From Nemertoderma westbladi (lineage: Eukaryota; Animalia; Xenacoelomorpha): a DNA stretch of 64,000 nt. The notes beneath the pieces are model-generated. The model was not told where the DNA came from. It worked only from the letters and a program-made list of their open reading frames with translations, and did not search any database. The stretch lies in assembly GCA_032718475.1 (NCBI GenBank), contig JAUCBJ010008729.1:1486-65485 (forward strand), given 5' to 3'. A program made the position numbers and the translations under genes. Positions 37,331 to 48,900 of this stretch are shown one piece after another (the stretch's first letter is position 1; each line of letters begins with the position of its first letter).

Positions 37331-40300
37331 GACATGCCCAACAGGTGTCCAACGTCCGCACTTGAACTCTTCTCTGTTCCGAATTTAATTCTTTGAACCG
37401 TCTGCAACTATCTAACTTATGGTCGTCAGATCTTACCTCCTTTAGTAAACAGTATTGGCAACCTACAAATCCATCCGGCAACTCCTGTTGCTTTAACCTA
37501 GGTCTATCTAACCGCTCACCTGACCATACTCGCGAGTCTGATCTAAAGGCTGGGGTATTCGAATTATATCTGTCTACTGAGTTAAATGTCACAGTGGTCC
37601 TGTCATCGTCAAAACTTACCATAGACTTACCGGTAACAGGTTTAGACTCCCTCATATTCTCCTCTGAGAAGTTTGATTTCATCTCTGCTACTGCGTCTGT
37701 GGCTATCATGTCATGAATATGCTGAAGTGTCAATACTTTACCTTGGCCCTCCAACTTATTCTCTAATTTGCGCCATTTCTGTCGATAACGCATATTTAGA
37801 CGTCTTATTACGCTTTTCAAAACTTCGGCGTGATCACCATGATGAGGTAGATTCACCGTCCTCAGGATGTCCAATGCGTTCGAAATAGCGTTCGCTAAGT
37901 TCAAAAGCTCTAACGGAGTTGTAATCCTTCCGCCCTTACCCAAGTCTTCTACTATCGACTGCGCCATCTTGGTTTTATTCCCGTAGATGTCGCTAAGCGT
38001 CTTCATCGCTAACTCAAATGCTCTCTCGTTGCCGACGAAGTTATCAGCAATGGCTCTAGGTTCTCGATGGAGCATCTGAAGCAAATAGTTGAACTTCTCG
38101 TTGGGAGTAAAGGTGCTGTTGGTTAGCTGCTCGTCGACATAGGTTTTAAAGGTCCTCCAGTGCTTATGGTTGCCCATAAACTTCTGGGGTTGTTGCGTCG
38201 GCAGTCCTTGCCTAGCAGCAAACTTACCTATGTCCCTAAGGGTTGCGTCGTTCCGGGTTAACAAATGGTTTAGTTCCGCAGGGTTGTTAAGTCTGGTCCT
38301 TTCCCGGTGGTTCCAACTTACCTGCTCCGCGTCGGTCCTTCTTTCCTTATAGTTTCGGGACTTCTGACGTCTCATTTCTTCCTCTTCATCGCTCGACTCG
38401 GTGTCAGTCCTTAACGCTCGCGATGGTTTGCGCGCCGAGGCCCTGATCCAAGCCTCCTCTATAAATTTCTCGGCTGAGTTTTCGAAGTTGGGATTAGAGA
38501 TGTTCGGGACAGGCGTCCTTACCTGAGGTCTATGTGGTATAGTTTCCTCCGATATGCGTACTCGTTGACTAGGCTGGACTTTGTCTAACTCAGGTCTGCT
38601 AGGATTAGAATTACTTCTTACCTGGGCTGCTTCCTTTAACCGTAGGTTGCTAAGCATGTCCGTTATAGGTTGGATGTGTGGCGATATAGCTTGCGCTAAA
38701 CTAGCACTCAACTCATCCCTCGTAATAAATTCCTGGCTAGGGTTCTGTTGTATAGTCGGCTCTATCTGAGTAATCCGCTGTCTCTCATATGATCCCTCTT
38801 CCGGTTTAACCCGGAAGTTCTCCGTCGAACTGGGTCGGCGCTCCGTCCGCGTATTCCAAACCCGCGGGTTCGGTTCGCCCAATACTCGGCCCGTCGGAGT
38901 TTCTTCTCTAAATTCTTCGTTGTCGCGTTCGGTGTATAGTGGTGCGGCGTTCCGATGACGTAGATCCTGCGCGATAGGTGAAGCACTAATACCAACTGGC
39001 GTGCGATATGTAGAGAATGGTTTAACGATCCGTGTACTCGTAATAGCTGGACCGGGTATAGGAATTTTGGTCGTCGTCGACTCGCGTATGGTCGGAGTTC
39101 TCGCTTCCTGTTCGGCCTTCTGCAGTGCGAACAGTTCTCGCAACTCGGTCCCTACACTCGCCCCACATTCTTCGATCATTCGCATCCCCTTCTCGGCGAT
39201 TTCGTTCGCCTTCCTAGTCCGTTCTTCGCTCTCTAAACTTAATCTCGCACTTTCCAACTGCGCCAGTTTACGTTCTTCTTCTTCCCTCGCTCGTCTCGCT
39301 GCGCCCTCTTCTTCCACTCGCGCCTTTTCTTCATACAATGCGCGTCTTCTTTTCTCGATCTCGAGTTCGCGTTCCTTGCGTCCGCGTTCGAGTTGAAGCT
39401 CGCGCTCCTTCTGTTCACGATCGAGTTTCTTGCGCTCGCGTTCGGCTTGGAGTTCGCGTTTCTTCGCTTCCTGTTCGCGTTCGAGTTGGAGTTCGCGTTT
39501 CTTCGCTTCCCGTTCGCATTCAAGTTGGAGTTCGCGTTTCTTCGCTTCCCGTTCGCATTCGAGTTGGAGTTCGCGTTCTCTCTGTTCGCATTCGAGTTCC
39601 TCGCGTTCGCGCTCGGCTTGGAGTTCACGTTCCCTTTGCTCGCGTTCCGCTCGCTCGCGCTTACTTATCTCTTCCAACTCTCGTAACTCTGCGTCCAACT
39701 TACGTGTGCGCTTCCGTTCCCTTTCGGCTTCCTTCCGTGCTTCCTGTGCACGCAAAACTTCCGCCTGCTGTTCGTCTAGTCGGCGTCTTCTCTCCTCCGC
39801 CGAGTTGTGAGAAACAAGGGATCTAGCACATATTACCTTACCTCGCGCGTGACTAACCTGGGAATCGCCGCTGTCTCTAGATGCGTCGTCGGGTGGAGTC
39901 AACGTCCTCTGTTGAATGTTCTCCGTCGTCGGTAGCACCTGACCCGGTACCACCACTCCATTCTGCATCAGCCAGCTAGTAACTTCCCTCTGATAACGGC
40001 GCTCCTCTTTATCCTGCGTCTCTTCTCGCTCCACTAAGTCTCTTAACTCTGCGTCACTCACCTGAGTCGCCTGCGCTTGTGATGCCCATAGCAGCCAGTT
40101 CTCTGTCCTAACTCGTCGGAATCGCTCCGATAACTCGCGGTGCTCTAACAAGGCTGCTAAAACCCTGTCGTAAATCCTCGTCGCCACGTCGCTCGACTGA
40201 GACTCCACTGCCTTCTTCGCTAGGACTGCAAGCTCCTCCGTCTGCTTGAATAACGCTGAGTTATTCCTCTTCTAATCTCTGCTAACTCTACCCTCCCGAT

Positions 40301-40807
40301 GTTCGCTGAGTCGGCTAACATTTTCCTTACCTTGTCCGCCGTCCGGGTTATATGTCCGGCATGCGCGCGAAGTTTCTTCTTCATCGCAGTGTCGAACTCT
40401 CTATCACTTACCTGACTTACGCTCGGTGGACTTGAAGGATTATTTCGGGAACTACGGGTACTCCTTACAGCCGCTGGGACCACGGCACTTACCATACCCA
40501 CAGGTCTGGAAACCGGGCTCCGGGCTCTCGCTTCTGCTACACTACCCTCCTTATCACTCACCTCTGGTCGGGTTGCTGTACAATCCTTCCTTACAGTAGC
40601 GGTAGGGGATCCTAATACTATTACTTGAGGTTGTTGTTCTTCCTCACTAGTCACTGTCTCGTCCTCCTGTTCACTTACGTCAGCGTCGCTCGCTGCGTCG
40701 TCATAGTCGGCATTGTCGTCAACAGTAATATTGACGCTATCGTCAGTCGGCGGTCCAGCCGCCGTCTCGTAGCTGTCCTCTAGTGCCTCTTTGTCTGAGA
40801 CACTCAT
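37059..40807 (-). CDS. Element B gag (frames 40220..40807 and 37059..40208; coiled coil with 11-aa repeats, capsid region, zinc knuckles)
   Basis: KKRELQLECERE repeats; KFMG...W..F...EKFNYL..L...YG; CQYC..H, CWAC..GH....C and CMEC knuckles. Confidence 0.9.
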
Positions 40808-42088
40808 AGTCTAAATAATGTTTGCCTTCCGGCAAAATTATCTCGCAAAAGTTCGAGATATTATTATAATTTAACCGAAATACGGTCAAATTAATTGTCA
40901 AATAATCAGTTGGTCCAAAATGTCAAATAAATTCGCAATGCAATATTGTGAATTTAATGGGGTATATAGTTATAGCAAATACTAGCACAATATTTAAACA
41001 AAAATATTATTATATAGCTACTATATAGCATTAAATACTGGTATAGCACAAAATAACTCTGAATCTAATACAAAATATTCAAAATATACTTGCCACCCGA
41101 ATATTTCTAATTTTATATATATAGCTCTAATCAACGTAATTTTAATTTCAAATATTATATGTATCCACTAGCGCGTGGCTACATCTTCGGGTTGCGACTC
41201 TCTCTAACTCTCTCTCTAACTTGAGCGATTCAAAAAACCATGGCCGGCTAAACCTAAATATCCTAACTAATAAATTGAGTTCAGCTTCGCAGTTAAACAA
41301 CCGATAATTTTTTACTGCTTCCACAAACACACTGGTGCCAACAGAACAACCAACCTTGTTTGCTGTGAGATTCCACGTCCGCGTCCAAAGATTCAGGCTC
41401 TCCGCTGATTGCAAACCGAACCCGCAGACCCACACGAACCCCAAACTCAGAAGTTCCGTCTTGCCATGTATCTCCAGATGGTATAAAATAACTAAGCGGT
41501 TACCTAACATACCGGTACAAAACTCTAGAATTTTACAAAATAATTTTGACCGAAACTGAATTCTCGCAAACCTAGCTAATAATTTTCAAAAACTTACTAA
41601 TTACAATTTGCCCTAAGGCCTAAGGAACTGTATTCGCAATTAGTAAAAACGCACTACCGTACATCCACTGTATGCAGTACAGTAAGTAAAACAGTACACC
41701 AACCTAACAGCCTAATGATACTGTATATGTGGTACGGCAAAACAAATGTCCCTTCTACCGTACGCAGTAACAGCAATCAGCCTAATGTACTACTGTACTA
41801 TTGTACGCAGCCAGTGAATACAGTAATCTAAACTAACAACCTAAAGGAATATGCTCAATGTCTTACCGTACGCTAGCCTATAGCCTACAGCAGACGATCA
41901 CGTGCTCTAATTTATTGCCTAATACTATGATACTACTAATCAGCCTAAGAATACACTATCGACTGCTGCAAGCAACAGCCAATAAATGCACGTGTTACTG
42001 ATACGAAGTATCAGTAATCTAAACTAACAGCCTAAGAATACTCTATTTACTGTACGCTACAGCCTACAGCAAACAGTCCACGTGTTAC

Positions 42089-44304
42089 TGATAAACAACC
42101 GCGACCTCTATACTAACAGCAGAACCGTTGAACAGACAAATACCCGTATACCTCTCTGCCAACCTAATGACTGTAATGAGCTCTCGCCTAACCAATAACA
42201 GAATAAGACACAAAGACTGCTCTACTGTTAAGTAAAGGGGATCAGGAGCGTGATATTACTAAATTGTAAGGGTTGCTAAATACAAAACCGCTACTTATCG
42301 TTAGATGGCGCTAATCTGCCGTACGCTAATATATTTACTAAATTTACACAACTCCTGCAAAATCGCTTGTTCCTTTCTCTACCGATCGCTCGATAGAGAG
42401 CTAACTGTTCGAATCTATGAGCCACGCGGGAATAACCAAAACAATAAACCCGAGTCGGCTCCCTAAGCTTACTTAAGACGAGTGCGAGAGGCCTTGCACT
42501 CAGAGTATTCTTACGCCTAATTTTATCACTATTAAAGCACGCTATTACCTACGTCTTTCTAATCGCGAATACTGGAGGTTCCCTAACGTAATGTGTGAAT
42601 GCGAGAATATTTAAATATCAAAACGGTACAGTATCTGTTCCTACGTAAATAACATCACTCCGGGTCTAAAATCGCCTGCAGCTGGCTTTAGACCAGCAAA
42701 TTACTAGCGTATCGTGCGTACCGAATAGTACAATCTAGCTGATTGCCCGCTAATGCAAATAACCGCTCAGCGTGAATAGTTTACAGTACTCTAATTATTA
42801 CTTTAGCTACTCTCCGCTATGCTGCGTACTAATTCTTAATTTTTACTAATTAATTACAGTCACAAATATTTAACAGCGTACTAATTACTAAGAGTTCCAG
42901 AATACGTAATTCTAATTTATTACGCAACAAGTTTCGCTAGTAATAGCCTAAATTTGCCGTATTACTTTGACCTAATCAGTAACCAATTATTGTAACTAAG
43001 AAATAGAAATCAATCAAAGAAAAGGGGGGCGCCTACCTAAACATTCATAATCATAGGCACACTTCAATAACACACCAATCAGCGTCAGAAATTACAGTTC
43101 GCAATTATGCAGTTAACTACTGTATAGTCCACAATTATGCGACTCACTATTCGTACTCTACATTTAACGTTGTACGCTCTAATACGCTGTAACACGTGCA
43201 GGCCTCTCCCGGGTACATATGGGACTCCTAACTAACCTGATTCCTGCCCCCTAATACTAAATAGAGACGAAACCTGGATCATCAGCCCCCTAATTACTGT
43301 ACCGGCGATAGGTCTGCCCGTTGCACGCAAGTTGCCCGACCGCAACGTTGACCCCCGCCAGCGTTGCCTGCCTTTGAATCCTCTGCTCTCCCTTAGTCGC
43401 TCAACCCCCCGATGTGCCCACCGCCCACTGGCGCCTTAGCCCTCCATTATGCTAATAGCTACCGTAGCGGCGCATGCAAATCACAAAGTCTGACAGTCTC
43501 AGGAATCCCTTAGGATTATTGCGCAGAAAAGAATCACATAGAACCATTAATCAAAAGGTAGAAATCATAGTTCAGTTGTAATTAGCAGTAATCGACAGGA
43601 ATTAATTGAGAAACACAAGCAAGAGTAATCGCACTAGCAAATCATTCCAAGAAATTAATCAAATTAGCAAATTGCAGAAAAATACAAGTATCAAGAAAAA
43701 CAGTAAGACAGGTGCTAGGGCTAGGTGTCATGTGATGATGAGGCTCTACCGGCACACCGCCAATTTATAGGTGATCCGGATGGGGTGATGCAATAGGGTG
43801 ACTCAATCGCTTTCTTATTGGCTCTCCAGTCCGTGCTAGCACTAGACCAACCTGGAAGCAGCTAGTCCAATAAGGAGGCCGGATTGTAGCCCTATTTGCT
43901 CCCCTTCCTCGAATTATTACCATATATGGTAATGGTTCACGTCTCTGGCTGCTGAATGGCCAGGACAGCGTCCCTATATGCTAGCCCTACTAAAGCTAAT
44001 ATCAGCAAGCACGGAATCCAGGGTCCGAATAAACTTACCCTGGAACTATCTACATATAACCTAATACAAAATTACGTAGGTAGGGCTACATACTATACAA
44101 AATGGATGGATTCAAATATATGGGTGTTTCGATTTCCCTATCTAAATACCACTGCGTTATTATGCCTTATCTAAAATATCATGCTGCACAACGGACTAAT
44201 ATTACATACAGTATAACGGACTAATATTGCATACTGCATAACGGACTAATATTGCATACTGCATGATGACTAATATTATGGATACAGCGCCATATACCGT
44301 AACA
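42089..44304 (-). repeat. 5' LTR of element B (2216 bp)
   Basis: Direct repeat of 24973-27169. Confidence 0.97.
43763..43821 (-). promoter_or_regulatory. Candidate LTR B promoter: CCAAT (43817-43821) and TATAAAT (43763-43769)
   Basis: Motifs and spacing are typical of a Pol II promoter; no transcript evidence. Confidence 0.45.
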
Positions 44305-44309
44305 TGGCG

Positions 44310-45164
44310 CTTTAAGTATAAAACAGAGTTATGACTTATACTAAACACAACGAGATGGCTATTGATTTTCGTAAATGGCGCATTCTTTAGGAGATGCTTT
44401 ATTATCTGTCACACTGCTGCATACGACTTCACACTGCTGCACACTGATCTGCCGACCGTCACTGAATTTGATCATATATAAGGAGGATAGCAACTGACAC
44501 ATGTAGGGATTATGAAATAGCATTTAATGCACACTAAAACCACTGTAATGTAAGTCGCAATTGCTACCGGTAACCGGTCTCTCTAACCTTTGGTAATCAA
44601 GAAGATTGGGGTTTTATGATTATTTATCGATATTCTCCAAATATAACAACATATCCATCAACATGTAACAATTAATAACCGACAGTAAATAGCAGTAAAA
44701 TAATGCGGTGAATAGGATTGAGTGAGTGCAGTTTCATCAGTCAGGCCCAGTCATAATGCATTGAGTCAGTACCGCAGTTGGTAGGTGCAGATAATAGATT
44801 TACGTTTTTATAATCAAAGCCGTCTAATGTTGGCCAAAGTCTGAAACTTCTAACACAGAAGCACAGAATAATTTCCAAGCAGTTGTTCTCGCTCAGAAAG
44901 TAAAACAAAGACCGTAATGCATTGCGCGATTTCCCGTAGGCTTCTGTGTAAGATAAAATGAAAATCGCTCTGATTGGTCGAGCGAGCCGAACAAAGAAAG
45001 TTCCACATCGACAGCAAATCAGCTGACAGATTTCGTCATCTGAACTACACTCTATTTAGAGTATTTGGCGTATTGCGGCATAAAATGGCTTGTTATGTCC
45101 GCTAAAACACCTACAGGGTACATTGCGGAGAAAATGACTGGTTATATCCGCAAAAGCTTTTACA
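44310..45164 (-). repeat. 5' LTR of element A, outer segment
   Basis: Matches 8933-9787 and is followed by TSD GCCAT. Confidence 0.95.
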
Positions 45165-45249
45165 GCCATTGTTTAGATATATATATCCTGAAAGTGAAAA
45201 TAAGGCTTTATTAGCTTTATCACACAGCAGCTTGTGCACACACAGCAGG

Positions 45250-45953
45250 GTTAACTTTGAAAGTCCTCAGCAAGTCTCTGATCGGATGAGCATAAGCTCA
45301 AAAGATGGTATGCTTGAGCATGTGGATGACTTCTGTCACCTGGGATCATGGATCCGGAAGTCAGATGAGGACCTTCGAATACGTAAGGTAAAGGCATGGG
45401 CAGCCTTGAATAGGCTTTCCAGGATTTGGAAGTCACCGAGAATTAATCGGAAACTTAAGGTCCGATTATTTAGAGCAGCAGTAGTTCCAGTACTCCTCTA
45501 TGGGAGTCCATGCTGGGCTCTAACTGCTGAGGACACCAAATCTCTGGATGGCACATTCACAAGAATGCTACGCCGAGTTCATTGTGTCAAGTACAATGCA
45601 CACATCTCCAACCAGACACTATATAACATTGGAGTTGTCCCATTGGTTCCCCCAAGCTTGACACTAGAACAAAATCGCCTCCGCTTTCCAGGACATTGCT
45701 TCCGCCGTGAGGACCAGCCAGTGCATAATCTTGTACTTTGGCAGCCTCATGGAGTGAATAAGCATGGTGGACAGCCCATGACTTTCTTGAGACGCATCTT
45801 AAAGGACACTGGCCTTGGAGATGCGGATGATCTAGCAAATGTCATGGGTAATAGGGAGTTGTGGTGGTGCAATTTTGTCCATAAGCCGGCACAGCATTCT
45901 TAAAAATGCAGCTGCAATGCAGCATGCCGATCCTAGAAGTAGTAGTAGTAGTA
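45250..45953 (+). mobile_element. 5'-truncated RTE-like LINE 3' end with (GTA)n tail
   Basis: F.HLGSWI, AWAAL..L..IWKS, LLYG...W.LT, RL.F.GHC.R; similar to 53941..55053. AGT repeats at 45938-45953. The 5' boundary is approximate. Confidence 0.8.
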
Positions 45954-45954
45954 G

Positions 45955-48900
45955 CTTGTGGGCTTCTATGGATGAGCCATCAGAGGAGAAAACAACTCCC
46001 CGGTACAAATATTGTGACACAACCTGGACAGGAGTGCGATTATAATACCATGTGTCATTTCACAAGGAGGAGGAGGAGGAGGTCATGTGTCATAAGGAGG
46101 AGACTCCCGCCTTTTTAAAAACAACCACTTTGGTTTTATCTAAGTTCAGTTTTAGTCCCCAAAATTCACAATAGTGCGATAAGACGTGCAATGACCTCTG
46201 TAACCCATCAGGCGTTTGTGACAAGAGCACAATATCATCGGCGTAGAGTAGCATGAACAGATGTAGGGAGCCAACGTCCAAGCTGTTGACCCCACATGTA
46301 CTCATGTGGCTCTCTAGGTCATTTAGAAAAAGGGAGAATAGGAGACGGGAAAGGGATTCTCCCTGCAGTACACCCACTAAACAATCGAAGGATGAAGAAT
46401 CATTTCCGCCCCATCGCACACAGGATCTCATTGACTTGTATATTTCACGGACAATTGTGAAAATTCTCCCTCAAAAACACATATTACTTAATTTTAACCA
46501 TAAGGCTTGTCTATCGACACTATCAAAGGTCTTATGAAAGTCGGCGAAGCAGGCAAACCATTTCATTTTAGAATTTATAAGGTGGTTAAGTGTATGCAGA
46601 GTAAATATATGGACCACCGTGCTAAACCCCTTTCTGAATCCTGCCTGGGCATCGCTTAAGAGTCCAGATATGTCTACCCACCAACTTAGTCGTGCGTTAA
46701 TTAATGAGATAAAAAGTTTGCTAACTACACTTAAGAGACTGATATGATAACCCCTGTAGTTCCCCCCATCTGACTCGCAGCCCTTATTTTTGTAAATAAG
46801 ACTAATAATAGCAAATGACTATGCCAAATTAAACCAAATTAAACTCACTAAACTTATCCATCACCCTAAAATCAATCCTACACGGCCAGAAATGCAAGGA
46901 CCTGATCGCATTAATTAATGCAGTATCAAAATATATAACGGACACGAAACGATTTAGTTTCAGTTCAAATAATAATTAATAAACTGAATTTCAAATTAAT
47001 ATTTCTGATCAAATGAATTATATCTAATATACATACTGTGTAATACAGTATACAAATTTTTTGAAAGTAATTCTGCACCGCTCGGTGGCGCTGCAGATTT
47101 ATGCTCATTTTTTAGGTTTGTCATAAATAGTATTAAATTTTATTAACAAAAAATATCGAAAAGTTGTCTGATACTTTTATGCAGGGTGGCTATGTAGACA
47201 CCCACAGAAAGTTTCAGACTAATTACTCAAAAATTGTAGAAGTAGTCGGTTTTGGAGTTGACAACGAATCCGTACGATCCTTTATATATATCTGTATACT
47301 GTGTAAATCATGGGCACTGGCTAAGGGCCCTGCCGGTATCATCCCTAGGCCTTCGCCTCAGTGATGAGCAGCTGCGGGTGGGAGCAGCTCTCCGCTTGGG
47401 TACACCTATTTGCGAGGAGCACTCCTGCAGGGGTTGCGGGTCGGAAGTCGACACGAGTGGAAGTCATGGCCTCAGCTGCTTACACAATTATGGGAAATAC
47501 ACCCGTCATGCAGAGGCCAATGACATCATTCACCGTGCCCTCTCATCAGCCGGCGTTGGTGATGATCCAGCCTCGAGGACTTTCACAAGACGGCAAGAAA
47601 CCAGACGGTTTGACCTTTGCCCTTTGGTCCTCTGGCCGCCCACTCGTTTGGGACTTTACTTGCAGGGACACCCTCGCTCCTTCCTATCTACCCGAGACAA
47701 GTAAATCTGCAGGTGCAGCCGCTTTAATGGCAGAGACCAGTAAAGGAAATAAGTATGCTGCGCTCCAGCACCACCACTTATTCCGCACTATTGCCTTAGA
47801 GACCTTAAGCCCAATCGGTGCAGAAGGCACCGCAGTACTGCGGGAGATAGGGCGGAGAATCGCCAAGGAAACAGGTAACAGGAACAAGGAAACCTACGTC
47901 CACGGAATTCCTCTTCCAGCGGCTCTCAATTGCAGTGGTCAGAGGAAATGCGACATCTGTCCTAGGTACCACCCCCCCACCAGGCGGGCCTTGATGAGGT
48001 ATTCCTACTCTGAATCCAGGAATAGCCTTACCCCCCGCGCCCCCCATCTGTTAGGATTTTACTCCAGCAATGTGTATTATATATTATGTATTTAATGTAC
48101 TTTACTTTGTGTTACGTATCATGTATTATGATTACAATCTGATGCACTAAAAAAGCAAAAAAAAAATCACTTTTGGTTGGAACTGCGCTATCACTATGTA
48201 CGTAGGCCCTACACTACAGTATAACTATGCATAATTATTTGTTGTATTTCGTAGACTAGATTAGTAACTGGGTATTGTGGAATATAGCCTTCTCTTAGAT
48301 TCGACTGTTAGGAGGGTGGGATATTCACCGGCGCGTAATAATATATTTATATTTAATATATTTATATTTAATATGTTATTGGTGGTGTATTATATTATTA
48401 ATAATTAATTATTATTAATTATATTATATGTAATTAGACAGTCCGCTCAGGATGCTTTTCCTCTTTTGAGGTTTCCTGTGCGAGTGCGTCTGTCTACCTC
48501 CTCTTCGGAAAACGCTTCCCTGAGAGTAAGTTTTCAAAAAATATCTTACCCGTCCAGATTAATAGTGTTAATTTGTGGTTGGGGTTGCCAACATCGACAA
48601 AATGAAAATCATCGGAAAAATCACTATTACGTTGGCCCAGATGGAGAAATTTTTTTTCAAGATCGTTTATTGAAATATGTTTAGTACAATCAGTACCCTG
48701 ATTTGTCCCCCGACTTGCCTTAGACAGTAGTTTCCAAAACAATTTAGTTTCCTTTACACATTTCCTTTACACAGAGTACTCAGCAAGCTTTTTTGATTGA
48801 GAAACTTTGAATTCGCATTTGGCCCGCCGGATCGATCCAAGGTATGCACTGCGTGCTTTTGATAGTATTGAATGCGCTTCTGGTGATCGATTTCTATTCC

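Larger units (their letters stand above)
24973..44304 (-). mobile_element. BEL/Pao LTR retrotransposon B, 19,332 bp, nested in the 5' LTR of A
   Basis: LTRs TGATAAAC...GTAACA at 24973-27169 and 42089-44304. TSD TGGCG at 24968-24972 and 44305-44309. Removing B restores the LTR of A (TAGGACGTGGCG|CTTTAAG). Confidence 0.97.
8647..45164 (-). mobile_element. BEL/Pao LTR retrotransposon A (~17.2 kb excluding nested element B), degenerate ORFs
   Basis: TG...CA LTRs at 8647-9787 and 24687-24972 + 44310-45164. 5-bp TSD GCCAT at 8642-8646 and 45165-45169. Gag-PR-RT-RH-IN order with BEL/Pao motifs. Confidence 0.95.

Noticed and set aside
42062-42080. TGG 8 nt downstream of the B 5' LTR as a tRNA PBS
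   Set aside because: It is too far from the LTR, the following bases do not resemble a tRNA acceptor stem that I recognise, and A has no equivalent. A tRNA search is still needed.
43235-43290. CTGATGA in LTR B as a hammerhead ribozyme core
   Set aside because: No correctly placed GAAA or stem III on that strand.
48451-48525. AG...GTAAGT-bounded candidate exon of TDRD9
   Set aside because: The translation is not TDRD9-like and it overlaps minus-strand LINE remnants.
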